Below are positions 1 to 8,615 of a stretch of DNA of 11,937 bases, piece after piece. The stretch covers positions 1-11,937 of the forward strand of contig JAAFKI010000172.1 in assembly GCA_021399345.1 (NCBI GenBank), in the 5' to 3' direction. The stretch comes from Candidatus Heimdallarchaeota archaeon. Lineage in GTDB: Archaea; Asgardarchaeota; Heimdallarchaeia; Heimdallarchaeales; Heimdallarchaeaceae. Positions within the stretch are counted from its first letter, which is position 1. The number at the start of each line of letters is the position of its first letter. Under the pieces are notes generated by a model. It worked only from the letters and a program-made list of their open reading frames with translations. It made no database searches and was not told where the DNA came from. The translations under genes and the position numbers were made by a program.

Positions 1-657
1 GCAGGATATCTCAATTACGATAGTTTTCATACAACTCATGGAAGATCAATTCCTTTTGCAATAGGGTTGAGTGTAACAGATCCAGAAAGAAAAGTTATTG
101 TAATTTCGGGAGATGGGGATCTTTTTGCTATAGGTGGAAATCATTTTATCCATGCAGCTAGAAGAAACGCCAATATTACAGTTGTTTGTGTTAATAATTT
201 CAATTATGGTATGACAGGAGGTCAAGCAGGTCCAACTACATACGCGGGTCAATTTCAGACAACCGCTCCTTATGGGTCACTAGAAGAGCCATTCAATATT
301 CCTAATCTTGCTGCAAGTTGTGGTGCAGTTTATGTTGCAAGATATACTGCTTTAGATGTTAGAAGAGTAAAGGAAGCCTTTTCTGAAGCAATAGCTAAAA
401 ATGGGTTCTCTTTCGTTGAAGTTTTAGGTAGCTGTCCTACAACTTATGGTCGTCGAAACCAATTAGCTGAAGGGAAGAAGATTCTGGAATTTTTTGCTGA
501 AAAAACTGTTCTTAACCACGATGCAGACACTAGAGACGTTCGAATTGACAAGAACAGTCCTATAATAGTTGGTAAATTTGTTGATATTGAAGATAAACCA
601 ACTCTAACAGATAATTTACTAGCGCTTCAGAGAGTTAGTCAAGCTAAGAAGGGATGA
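1..657 (+). CDS. korB: 2-oxoacid:ferredoxin oxidoreductase subunit beta (TPP-binding), probably 2-oxoglutarate synthase; 5'-truncated
   Basis: Frame is open from base 1 (AGYLNYDSFHTTHGRSIPFAIG...), so the TTG at 67 is not the start. Has the KorB-type HTTHGR motif, the TPP/Mg motif GDGD...NN, YGMTGGQ and CPT. Stop TGA at 655-657. Substrate is inferred from motif type and context. Confidence 0.9.
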   Translation, partial: AGYLNYDSFHTTHGRSIPFAIGLSVTDPERKVIVISGDGDLFAIGGNHFIHAARRNANITVVCVNNFNYGMTGGQAGPTTYAGQFQTTAPYGSLEEPFNIPNLAASCGAVYVARYTALDVRRVKEAFSEAIAKNGFSFVEVLGSCPTTYGRRNQLAEGKKILEFFAEKTVLNHDADTRDVRIDKNSPIIVGKFVDIEDKPTLTDNLLALQRVSQAKKG

Positions 658-661
658 TAAT

Positions 662-1210
662 ATGAGTAGAGTAGAAATTCGTTTTGCAGGTTTTGGTGGT
701 CAGGGAATAGGACTTATGGGGAGGCTCGTAGGTGAAGCTGTAAGCTTATTGGAAGAGGGAAAAAATTCTGTATTGACACAAAGCTATGGTCCAGAAAGTA
801 GGGGTGGAGCAAGTAGCACAGATGTTGTAATTGACGAAGGAGAAATCGATTATCCTAAGGCAACTGAACTGGATTACTTTGTCGTTTTGTCAGAAGAAGC
901 TTATCATAAGTATATTCCAAAACTCAAAGAAGGTGGAATTCTCTTTGTTGAAGAGGATTTAGTTACAATAGATGAAAATGCAAAGAAAGCTAAAAAGATA
1001 TTTAAAATTCCAGCAACTAAAATTGCTGAATCTCTTGGAAGCAGACTTTATGCTAACATAGCCATGTTAGGTTTCGTATGTGCTAACACAACAGACATCT
1101 TCTCTGAAGTATCTATGCTTACAATAATGAAAGAAAAAATCAAAGCAAGATTTGTTGAAAAAAATCTAATTGCTTTCCAAAAAGGTATGGAGTATAAATC
1201 AAACTCCTGA
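662..1210 (+). CDS. korC: 2-oxoacid:ferredoxin oxidoreductase subunit gamma
   Basis: IRFAGFGGQG and QSYGPESRGG motifs, plus late NIAMLG and N..AF..G motifs. Directly follows the beta subunit. Confidence 0.9.
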   Translation: MSRVEIRFAGFGGQGIGLMGRLVGEAVSLLEEGKNSVLTQSYGPESRGGASSTDVVIDEGEIDYPKATELDYFVVLSEEAYHKYIPKLKEGGILFVEEDLVTIDENAKKAKKIFKIPATKIAESLGSRLYANIAMLGFVCANTTDIFSEVSMLTIMKEKIKARFVEKNLIAFQKGMEYKSNS

Positions 1211-1231
1211 AAATAAGACGAAGGTTTGGAA

Positions 1232-1681
1232 ATGTCTACACAAAAGAATACAGAACTGGAAGAATTCGAACCAAACATAATTGGTTTCTTATGTAATTGG
1301 TGTTCCTACGCAGGAGCAGATCTCGCAGGAACTAGCAGAATCCAATATCCTCCTAATGTTAAAATCATCAAGGTAATGTGTTCTGGTAGAGTAAATCCAA
1401 TGTACATAATTAATGCATTTCAGCAGGGTGCTGATGGAGTTCTAGTCAGTGGATGCCACCCCGGAGATTGTCATTACACTAGTGGAAATTACTTAGCTAG
1501 GAGAAGAATCGCTACCATGAAAAAGCTACTGGAGTTTCTTGGTATTGAGCCTGATAGAGTAAGAATGACCTGGGTTTCAGCTGCTGAAGGTAGAAAATAT
1601 GCTGACGTCGTCAGAGAACTTACTGATGACATCAAAAAATTAGGTCCTATGACCAAATTTAGGAGGGAAAAAGAATGGTAG
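1232..1681 (+). CDS. mvhD: MvhD/FlxD-family [2Fe-2S] subunit
   Basis: FLCNWCSYAGADLAG, MCSGRV, GADGV, GCHPGDCHY and WVSAAEG motifs. ATG at 1232 preferred over TTG at 1226 because GAAGGT (1220-1225) is suitably spaced. Equivalent to flxD in this context. Confidence 0.95.
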   Translation: MSTQKNTELEEFEPNIIGFLCNWCSYAGADLAGTSRIQYPPNVKIIKVMCSGRVNPMYIINAFQQGADGVLVSGCHPGDCHYTSGNYLARRRIATMKKLLEFLGIEPDRVRMTWVSAAEGRKYADVVRELTDDIKKLGPMTKFRREKEW

Positions 1682-2661
1682 AGAACAAAGAACTAATCAA
1701 GGTTGTTGAGGAAACCGTTTCTCGAGATGACGTGAAATACGTTGTTGGTTATAAGAGAGGCACTTATGGTTTTCAAATCAAACCTGCCTTTGCTTATAGC
1801 GCTAAAGACGCAAAGGAGTTCTTTTACTCTCCATTATGTGCAAAGAATCTAGCTACTTATCCACTTCTTGAAGAAAAATTACCTTTAAGAAGAGGCGAGG
1901 AAGCAGAACATAAGAAGATTGGAATTGTTGTAAAGGGTTGTGACTCCCGTGCCATAATCCAAATCATTCAGGAAAAGGGATTAGAAAGGGAAGATGTTGT
2001 TTTAATAGGCATCCCTTGTAAAGGTGTAATCGACCCAAAAAAGATAGCTAAAAGATTTCCTAAACAATCAAAGTTTGTTGATGTTGAGGAAAATAACAAC
2101 GACGAATACATATTAGAAATAGGTGGAACAAGCCATAAAATCCCTAAAGACGAATTGCTTTCAGATGTATGTAAAAGCTGTGAATACCCAAATCCACTTT
2201 TATATGACATACTTATAGGTGAAGCTGAAGAAGAATTTCAACCTGAACACTTCAACAGAGTAGATGAATTAAAAGAAAAAACAATAGAAGAAAGATGGGA
2301 GTATTGGGAGAAGCATTTTCAAAATTGCATTCGTTGTTATGCATGTAGAGAAGCATGCCCACTTTGTTATTGTAAAACATGTATGGTTGATCTATTAGAA
2401 CCACAATGGGTCAGACGATCTGTAAATCTATCAGAAAATACTGCTTGGAACGTAATGCGTGCATTTCATCTTGCTGGCAGGTGTATTAGTTGTGGTGAAT
2501 GCGAACGAGCTTGCCCTGTTAACATTCCTCTAATGGAATTAAACAAGTTCGTTGAGAAAGAAGTTAAAGAGATGTTTAATTATACTGCTGGGCTCGATAC
2601 TGAAGAAAAACCATTCCTGGGAAGTTTTCGACCAGATGATCCGGAGGATTTCATTTCGTGA
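1675..2661 (+). CDS. flxC: FlxC-like Fe-S protein (FdhB/FrhB-related N-terminus, C-terminal 2x[4Fe-4S])
   Basis: KGCDSRA motif, CKSC, CIRCYACREACPLCYCKTC and HLAGRCISCGECERACP. SD AGGAGG at 1661-1666. Overlaps mvhD by 7 nt. Symbol assigned from position in an Flx-Hdr cluster. Confidence 0.8.
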   Translation: MVENKELIKVVEETVSRDDVKYVVGYKRGTYGFQIKPAFAYSAKDAKEFFYSPLCAKNLATYPLLEEKLPLRRGEEAEHKKIGIVVKGCDSRAIIQIIQEKGLEREDVVLIGIPCKGVIDPKKIAKRFPKQSKFVDVEENNNDEYILEIGGTSHKIPKDELLSDVCKSCEYPNPLLYDILIGEAEEEFQPEHFNRVDELKEKTIEERWEYWEKHFQNCIRCYACREACPLCYCKTCMVDLLEPQWVRRSVNLSENTAWNVMRAFHLAGRCISCGECERACPVNIPLMELNKFVEKEVKEMFNYTAGLDTEEKPFLGSFRPDDPEDFIS

Positions 2662-2670
2662 GGAATTAAA

Positions 2671-3708
2671 ATGGAACAACTAACATTACCAAAAGAAAAA
2701 TTACCTGAATTGCTTGGAGAGATTGGTTCTAAATTTGAACTGATTGGACCAAAGGAAGAAAATGGATTCTTAGCCTTCAGGAAAATAAATGATCCAAAAG
2801 AGGTCAATCTAGATATTTTACTTTCAAGAGTACCTCCTAAGTCTTTGATATTCCAACAAACTGAAACTCTCTTTACATATGCCAAAGGAAAAGATTCTAA
2901 GGTTCAAACTCCAAAAATTGATGAATCAGTAAGAGTAATTTTTGGAATTCGCCCATGCGATGCACGAGGATATGATATCATAGATCCAGTTTTTATGGGA
3001 AAAAAAGAGGGCGATTATATTGATCCATTTTATACAAAGAAAAGAAATAGAAGCATTCTGATTGGTCTAAGTTGTAATGAACCAGATACCAACTGTTTCT
3101 GTACATCATTTGATGATAGTCCAGCGAATACTAAACATGTAGATATTCTATTTACAGATATAGGCGACACATATTTTGTTGAAGTTGTGACAGAAAAAGG
3201 AGAAGATCTAATCAAAAACCTAAGCAAAATCTTCTCAAAGGCAACTGAAAAAGAAAGTACTATCAGAAAGGAGACAGAAAGGGCAGCAATTAAGGCAATC
3301 TCCCGAAAGATGAACACAGAAGGAACTGTTGAAAAACTAGACAAAATGTTTGATCACGAATTTTGGGTAGAAACTGCTAGAAGTTGTATTGGTTGCGGGA
3401 TTTGTACTTATTTGTGTCCGACATGCCATTGCTTTGATATTCAGGATGAGAGCACTTTGAAACTAGGTGGGAGAGTACGTGTATGGGATTCATGTATGTA
3501 TGAAGAATATACCCATCATGCATCAGGTCATAATCCTAGACCCTCAAGAATGAATAGAGTAAGAAATAGAGTTTATCACAAATTCAACTATTTCCCCAAA
3601 AATGATGGGATCTTTGGATGTACTGGTTGTGGTAGATGTATTGATTATTGTCCTGTTAATATTGATATAATTGAAGTAATTGACAAAGTGAAGGAGGCCA
3701 ATATATGA
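2671..3708 (+). CDS. flxB: FlxB-like Fe-S protein (AsrA/sulfhydrogenase beta family)
   Basis: PPK..F, FGIRPCD, C......CFC, CIGCGICTYLCPTCHCF, WDSC and GCTGCGRCIDYCP motifs. Confidence 0.85.
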   Translation: MEQLTLPKEKLPELLGEIGSKFELIGPKEENGFLAFRKINDPKEVNLDILLSRVPPKSLIFQQTETLFTYAKGKDSKVQTPKIDESVRVIFGIRPCDARGYDIIDPVFMGKKEGDYIDPFYTKKRNRSILIGLSCNEPDTNCFCTSFDDSPANTKHVDILFTDIGDTYFVEVVTEKGEDLIKNLSKIFSKATEKESTIRKETERAAIKAISRKMNTEGTVEKLDKMFDHEFWVETARSCIGCGICTYLCPTCHCFDIQDESTLKLGGRVRVWDSCMYEEYTHHASGHNPRPSRMNRVRNRVYHKFNYFPKNDGIFGCTGCGRCIDYCPVNIDIIEVIDKVKEANI

Positions 3709-4547
3709 CAGACGAAAACCCCTACCAACCTTGGATAGCGAAAATTATCAGTATAAAAGAAGAAGCTAGTGGAGAAAGAGCAATAAAAACATTCAGACTT
3801 GAATTCCAAGATGAGGAAGTCAAAAAGAAGTTCACCTTCCTACCTGGTCAATGTATTATGGTAAGTGTATTTGGAACAGGTGAAAGTATGTTCGCTATAT
3901 CTTCATCACCCACTCAAAAAGATTACATAGAAGTTAGTGTAATGAGATATGGTAAACTTACCAAAGCACTGCATCTAAAAGAAGAAGGGGAATTAGTTGG
4001 AGCAAGGGGTCCATATGGGAACAGCTTCAAAATCGATGAATGGAAAGGCAAGGATATCCTCTTTTTAGGTGGAGGAATAGGACAAGCTCCACTTCGTTCT
4101 GTGATTAATTACTGCAAAGATAACAGAAAAGATTATGGAAAAATAGATATCGTTTATGGTGCGAGAACTTCTCTTGACCTCTGTTATAAGGATGAATTTG
4201 CAGAAATGAGTAAGAAGGATGATTTAAGCATTCATCTTTCTATAGATGTTGAAGAAGAAGGTTGGGATCAGTTTGTAGGGTTTGTTCCAGATAATTTGAA
4301 GAGACTTAATCCTTCTCCAAAAAATACAATAGCTATAACTTGTGGTCCCCCAATAATGATTAAATTTGTAATTCAAAATCTCTTGGAACTTGGTTTCAAA
4401 GAAGACCAAGTTTACACAACTTTGGAAATGAGAATGAAATGTGGTATAGGCATATGCGGAAGGTGTAACATAGGAAATCTCTATGTCTGCAAAGATGGAC
4501 CAGTATTCTCATATGATCAAATAAAAGATATTCAAGGAGATATGTAA
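3705..4547 (+). CDS. flxA: FlxA-like FAD/NAD(P)-binding [2Fe-2S] flavoprotein (AsrB/PyrK/sulfhydrogenase gamma family)
   Basis: PGQ, RGPYGN, GGGIGQAPLR, YGART, CGPP and MKCGIGICGRC...CKDGPVF motifs. ATGA overlap with the upstream gene; SD AAGGAGG at 3691-3697. Confidence 0.88.
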   Translation: MTDENPYQPWIAKIISIKEEASGERAIKTFRLEFQDEEVKKKFTFLPGQCIMVSVFGTGESMFAISSSPTQKDYIEVSVMRYGKLTKALHLKEEGELVGARGPYGNSFKIDEWKGKDILFLGGGIGQAPLRSVINYCKDNRKDYGKIDIVYGARTSLDLCYKDEFAEMSKKDDLSIHLSIDVEEEGWDQFVGFVPDNLKRLNPSPKNTIAITCGPPIMIKFVIQNLLELGFKEDQVYTTLEMRMKCGIGICGRCNIGNLYVCKDGPVFSYDQIKDIQGDM

Positions 4548-4562
4548 AGGCGTGATAATATT

Positions 4563-6530
4563 ATGAAGATTGGAGTTTATTTATGCGAGTGTGGATCTAA
4601 CATTGCAAGTACTGTTGATGTTGAGGATCTAGCAGAACAAGCTAAAGAATTTCCAAATGTAGAAGTCAGCAGAGTTTACAAATATGTGTGTTCTGACCCC
4701 GGTCAACTATTGATAAAACAGGATATTGAAGAAAAACAACTAGATAGAATTGTAGTTGCAGCCTGCTCTCCAAGAATGCATGAACCTACATTCAGGGCAG
4801 TGTTAGAAGACATGGGATTGAATCCTTATGTCTTAGAAATCGTCAATATCAGAGAACAAGTTTCTTGGGTTCATGACGATAAAAAAAAGGGTACAGTTAA
4901 AGCAGCCTCATTGCTTAAAGGTGCAGTTTTAAGAGCTTCTTTAATGCACCCCTTAGAAAGGAAAAAGGTTGGCGTAACACCTAATGCACTCGTGATAGGT
5001 GGTGGTATTGCAGGTATCCAAGCTTCTCTTGATTTAGCTGATATGGGATTTGATACTACACTTGTTGAAAAATCTGCAACAATTGGTGGAAAAATGTCTC
5101 AGCTTGACAAAACATTTCCAACATTAGATTGTTCACAGTGTATTTTAAGTCCTAAAATGGTAGATGTTAATCGCCATCCAAATATTGACTTACTTGCACT
5201 AAGTGAGGTTGTAGAAGTTGAGGGATATGTTGGAAATTTCAAAGTAAAGATTAAGAAAAATCCTACTTATGTATTAGCAGATAAATGTACTCTTTGTGAT
5301 GATTGTGTTCCTGTCTGTCCAGTTATAGAACACGATGAATATAATCAAGGATTTTCTCCAAGAAGAGCGATTTACATACCATATCCTCAAGCAGTCCCAG
5401 CATCATATCTTATAGATCCTAATTCTTGTTTAGGTATAGAACCGCTCATTTGTTCAAAATGTAAAGATGTTTGCGGACCAGAAGCAATAGATTTTGATAT
5501 GAAACCAGAGATAATTGAAAAAGAAGTTGGTGCCATAATTGTAGCAACAGGATATGAACCCTATCCTATAGAAAATATTGGTGAGTATGGTTATGGAACA
5601 ATTCCAGATGTGATTTCTGGTTTGGACTTTGAGAGAATAGTTTCTGCAAGTGGTCCAACTGATGGTACAATTCGTCGTCCATCTGATGGGAAAATACCTA
5701 AAACAGTTGTTTTCGTCCATTGTGCAGGATCTCGTGACCCAAGCAAACATCTACCTTATTGTTCGAAAGTTTGTTGTATGTATGCAACCAAACATGCTTT
5801 ACAGTACAAACATTTAGTGCATGATGGAACAGCTATAAACTTCTTCATTGACATAAGAACTGCAGGAAAGGATTATGAAGAATTCTACCAAAGAGCAGCT
5901 GAGGAAGACCAAGTTATATATATAAGAGGTAAAGTTTCTGAAGTTTTCCAAGATGGAGATAGACTTCTAGTAAAAGGCGCTGATACTCTAACAGGAGAAA
6001 CCGTTGAACTTCATGCTGATTTAGTAGTTCTAGCCACAGGTTTAATGCCCAGTGCAGGAACTAAAGAAATTGCAAGTCTTCTAAACCTATCAGTTGGTAT
6101 GAACGGTTTCATCAGGGAAGCACATCCAAAATTAAAGCCTGTAGATACTGCAATTGCAGGTGTTTTTGTTGCAGGAACTGCTACAGGACCAAAAGACATT
6201 CCAGAAACAGTTTCAAATGCTAGTGGAGCAGCTTCTAGAGCCGCAGGAATATTATCACAAGATGAATTAGAAATTGAAGGAACTGTTGCTCAGGTAGATG
6301 AAGACCTATGTCGAGGTTGTGGTCTATGTGCTGAAGCTTGTCCTTATAGCGCAATTGAAATTAAAGCAATAAATAAATACGGGCACGCTTTGCGGGTAGC
6401 TTTTGTAAATGAAGCAATGTGTAAAGGATGTGGTTCATGTGCCGCAGCTTGTTTGAACGGCGCAATTAATCAGCTAGGATATACAGATAGTCAAATTCTT
6501 GCCCTGATAGGGGCATTGGGAGAGGGATAA
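4563..6530 (+). CDS. hdrA: Heterodisulfide reductase subunit A (bifurcating FAD/Fe-S subunit)
   Basis: N-terminal VYLCECG, YVCS and AACSPR; Rossmann GGGIAG; DKTFPTLDCSQC; inserted ferredoxin domain; CAGSR...YCSKVCCMYATK; GPKDIP; C-terminal 2x[4Fe-4S]. Canonical length (655 aa). Confidence 0.97.
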   Translation: MKIGVYLCECGSNIASTVDVEDLAEQAKEFPNVEVSRVYKYVCSDPGQLLIKQDIEEKQLDRIVVAACSPRMHEPTFRAVLEDMGLNPYVLEIVNIREQVSWVHDDKKKGTVKAASLLKGAVLRASLMHPLERKKVGVTPNALVIGGGIAGIQASLDLADMGFDTTLVEKSATIGGKMSQLDKTFPTLDCSQCILSPKMVDVNRHPNIDLLALSEVVEVEGYVGNFKVKIKKNPTYVLADKCTLCDDCVPVCPVIEHDEYNQGFSPRRAIYIPYPQAVPASYLIDPNSCLGIEPLICSKCKDVCGPEAIDFDMKPEIIEKEVGAIIVATGYEPYPIENIGEYGYGTIPDVISGLDFERIVSASGPTDGTIRRPSDGKIPKTVVFVHCAGSRDPSKHLPYCSKVCCMYATKHALQYKHLVHDGTAINFFIDIRTAGKDYEEFYQRAAEEDQVIYIRGKVSEVFQDGDRLLVKGADTLTGETVELHADLVVLATGLMPSAGTKEIASLLNLSVGMNGFIREAHPKLKPVDTAIAGVFVAGTATGPKDIPETVSNASGAASRAAGILSQDELEIEGTVAQVDEDLCRGCGLCAEACPYSAIEIKAINKYGHALRVAFVNEAMCKGCGSCAAACLNGAINQLGYTDSQILALIGALGEG

Positions 6531-6544
6531 AGAGGTGTAGAGAA

Positions 6545-6955
6545 ATGTCTTACGAATATTTAAAATTTGGAAAAGAAGAGAAAGACTTCATTGCAAAAAT
6601 AGAAGAAATTTCAGGACAAAATATCTACAGTTGCTATCAATGCGGTAAGTGTTCTGCAGGCTGTGCTTTTAGTGATAAAATGGATAGATCAGTTAGTCAA
6701 CTTATTCACCTTATTCAAATCGGGCAAAAAGAAAAAGTTCTGAAATCAAATACTCATTGGGTTTGTTCTAGTTGTTTAACTTGCACTGTTAGATGTCCTC
6801 GAGAAATTGATGTTGCAGCATTAATGGAGGCAGTACGAGAATATAGCTTGAGAGAGGATTATGAGAAAGTTATAATTTCTGAAATTTCAAAAGAAGCTTT
6901 AGATAAGCTTCCAAATATTGCTTTAGTCAGCAATTTTCGCAAAAAAACAGGATGA
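6545..6955 (+). CDS. hdrC: Heterodisulfide reductase subunit C (short form, 2x[4Fe-4S])
   Basis: CYQCGKCSAGC and WVCSSCLTCTVRCP motifs. Lies between hdrA and hdrB. SD GAGGTG at 6532-6537. Confidence 0.92.
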   Translation: MSYEYLKFGKEEKDFIAKIEEISGQNIYSCYQCGKCSAGCAFSDKMDRSVSQLIHLIQIGQKEKVLKSNTHWVCSSCLTCTVRCPREIDVAALMEAVREYSLREDYEKVIISEISKEALDKLPNIALVSNFRKKTG

Positions 6956-6963
6956 TCTAGCAA

Positions 6964-7881
6964 ATGGTACAATACTCTTACTTTCCAGGATGTAATCTAA
7001 AAACAAATGCTAAAGGTTTTGAAGAAACTGCTATAGCTGTCAGTAAGAAATTAAATGCTGAACTAGTTGAAATGCCGAATTGGAATTGCTGTGGAACTGT
7101 ACATACTCTTACCTCAGACAATATCATGAAACGTATTGCACCTATTCGAGTATTATCGAGATCAAGAAAACATATTGAAACACTTGAAGAATCTCAAAAT
7201 CAAGTAGTTACTCTTTGTTCTATGTGTAATAGTACTCTAAAAATTGTCAATAATGAAGTTAAGAAAGATCAAGAAATTTTAGATAAGATTAATTATCAAT
7301 TAGAAGAAGATGAAGAAACTTACGAACCAGATATGGAAGTAAAGCATTTCTTGGAAATTCTTCGAGATACAATAGGATATGAAAAAATCTCTGAAAAAGT
7401 GGTCAATCCGCTTGAAGGTCTGAAAATTTCACCTTACTATGGTTGTATGTTATTACACCCTGAAGAAGCTAAGATTGACGATGAAGAGATGCCTGATGTT
7501 TTAGAAAGTTTAGTTGAAAGTTTAGGAGCAGAGCTAGTAATGTCTCCTTTATTCAAATTCTGTTGTGGCTCCTATCACATAGTAGATCAAGAAATTATTG
7601 TTTCTTCCCAAGTTGAGAAAATTGTTGAAGCTGCAAAACAAAGAGGAGCAAATGCACTAGTACTTGCTTGCCCTTTATGTGCTTACAACATAGACCAACA
7701 GCAAAAAGCTATGGCAAAAAATACTGCAGGAAAATCACCTATTCCGGTGTTTTACTTTACTCAGTTGATGGCTATAGCAATGGGAGAACCAGTGAAAATC
7801 AATCACTTTAATGATCATTTCATAAATCCTGAACCTCTCCTCAAGGAATTAGGATTAATTGGGAGGAAAAAAGCAAAATAG
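6964..7881 (+). CDS. hdrB: Heterodisulfide reductase subunit B (two CCG domains)
   Basis: Two complete CCG motifs: YFPGC..WNCCG..CSMC and YYGC..FCCG..CPLC. C-terminal IPVFYFTQL. Confidence 0.95.
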   Translation: MVQYSYFPGCNLKTNAKGFEETAIAVSKKLNAELVEMPNWNCCGTVHTLTSDNIMKRIAPIRVLSRSRKHIETLEESQNQVVTLCSMCNSTLKIVNNEVKKDQEILDKINYQLEEDEETYEPDMEVKHFLEILRDTIGYEKISEKVVNPLEGLKISPYYGCMLLHPEEAKIDDEEMPDVLESLVESLGAELVMSPLFKFCCGSYHIVDQEIIVSSQVEKIVEAAKQRGANALVLACPLCAYNIDQQQKAMAKNTAGKSPIPVFYFTQLMAIAMGEPVKINHFNDHFINPEPLLKELGLIGRKKAK

Positions 7882-7893
7882 AGGGTTAGAAAA

Positions 7894-8610
7894 ATGTCAA
7901 AGACCAAAACAAAAGAAGAGAATGAACCCCTTACGGTGAAAATATATATTATGGGCTCTGCGCATGAAGTACCCGCATCTCTAACAATAATGAAAGCGAT
8001 GGAGTATGCAGGTTTTAAAATTAAAAGGGGTGCTGGATGTAGAGCTGGATTTTGTGGAGCTTGTGCAACATTATATCGAAAAGCAGGTGACTACAGAATA
8101 TATGCTGCACTAGCATGTCAGACACAAGTTGAAGATGGAATGGTATTAACTCAATTACCATTTGTACCTGCTCCTAAGGCAATCTACGATGTGGATTCAC
8201 TTAAACCTACAGCGAGTTCAATCCTGAAATATTATCCTGAAGTAGCAAGATGTTTAAGTTGTAACGCTTGTTCAAAAGTGTGCCCTCAGGAAATTCAAGT
8301 TATGGACTATGTGCAATATAGTCTTCAAGGTCAGATTGATAAAGCTGCAGAGGTGTCTTTTGACTGTGTTCAATGTGGTTTATGTGCGATTAGATGTCCT
8401 GCAGAAATTCCACAGTATCATGTTGGTATGCTTGCTAGAAGACTACATGGAAAATACAACACTAGCACTCCAGAAACTCTAATTGAAAGAGTTGAAGAAA
8501 TTGAAAACGGTGTCTTTGAGGAGGGTTTTAAAGAACTGATTTCTCTCTCAAAGGATGGTTTAAAGAAACGATATACTGAACGAGATTTCGTTGATCAGAA
8601 AAAGGCGTGA
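7894..8610 (+). CDS. Fumarate reductase/succinate dehydrogenase-type Fe-S subunit, TfrB-like, lacking CCG domains
   Basis: [2Fe-2S] motif GCRAGFCGAC...LAC and two four-Cys motifs (CLSCNACSKVCP, CVQCGLCAIRCP). Adjacent to an FrdA/SdhA-family flavoprotein. Confidence 0.85.
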   Translation: MSKTKTKEENEPLTVKIYIMGSAHEVPASLTIMKAMEYAGFKIKRGAGCRAGFCGACATLYRKAGDYRIYAALACQTQVEDGMVLTQLPFVPAPKAIYDVDSLKPTASSILKYYPEVARCLSCNACSKVCPQEIQVMDYVQYSLQGQIDKAAEVSFDCVQCGLCAIRCPAEIPQYHVGMLARRLHGKYNTSTPETLIERVEEIENGVFEEGFKELISLSKDGLKKRYTERDFVDQKKA

Positions 8611-8615
8611 TAAAA

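Noticed and set aside
655-660. TGA read-through at the end of korB
   Set aside because: Immediately followed by in-frame TAA, and the protein is already complete.
2671-4547. Anaerobic sulfite reductase AsrAB or sulfhydrogenase beta/gamma
   Set aside because: No AsrC siroheme subunit or NiFe subunits in the window; position between mvhD and hdrA fits Flx.
1232-6530. Selenocysteine recoding in MvhD or HdrA, which are selenoproteins in some archaea
   Set aside because: No in-frame TGA; the relevant positions (CNWC, GCHPGDC, AACSP, DCSQC) are Cys codons.
7504-7525. Short direct repeat GAAAGTTTAG x2 in hdrB
   Set aside because: Encodes ESLVESL in frame; two copies only, explained by the protein sequence.
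4563-7881. HdrABC as evidence of methanogenesis
   Set aside because: Hdr is widespread in non-methanogens and no methanogenesis-specific gene is in the window.
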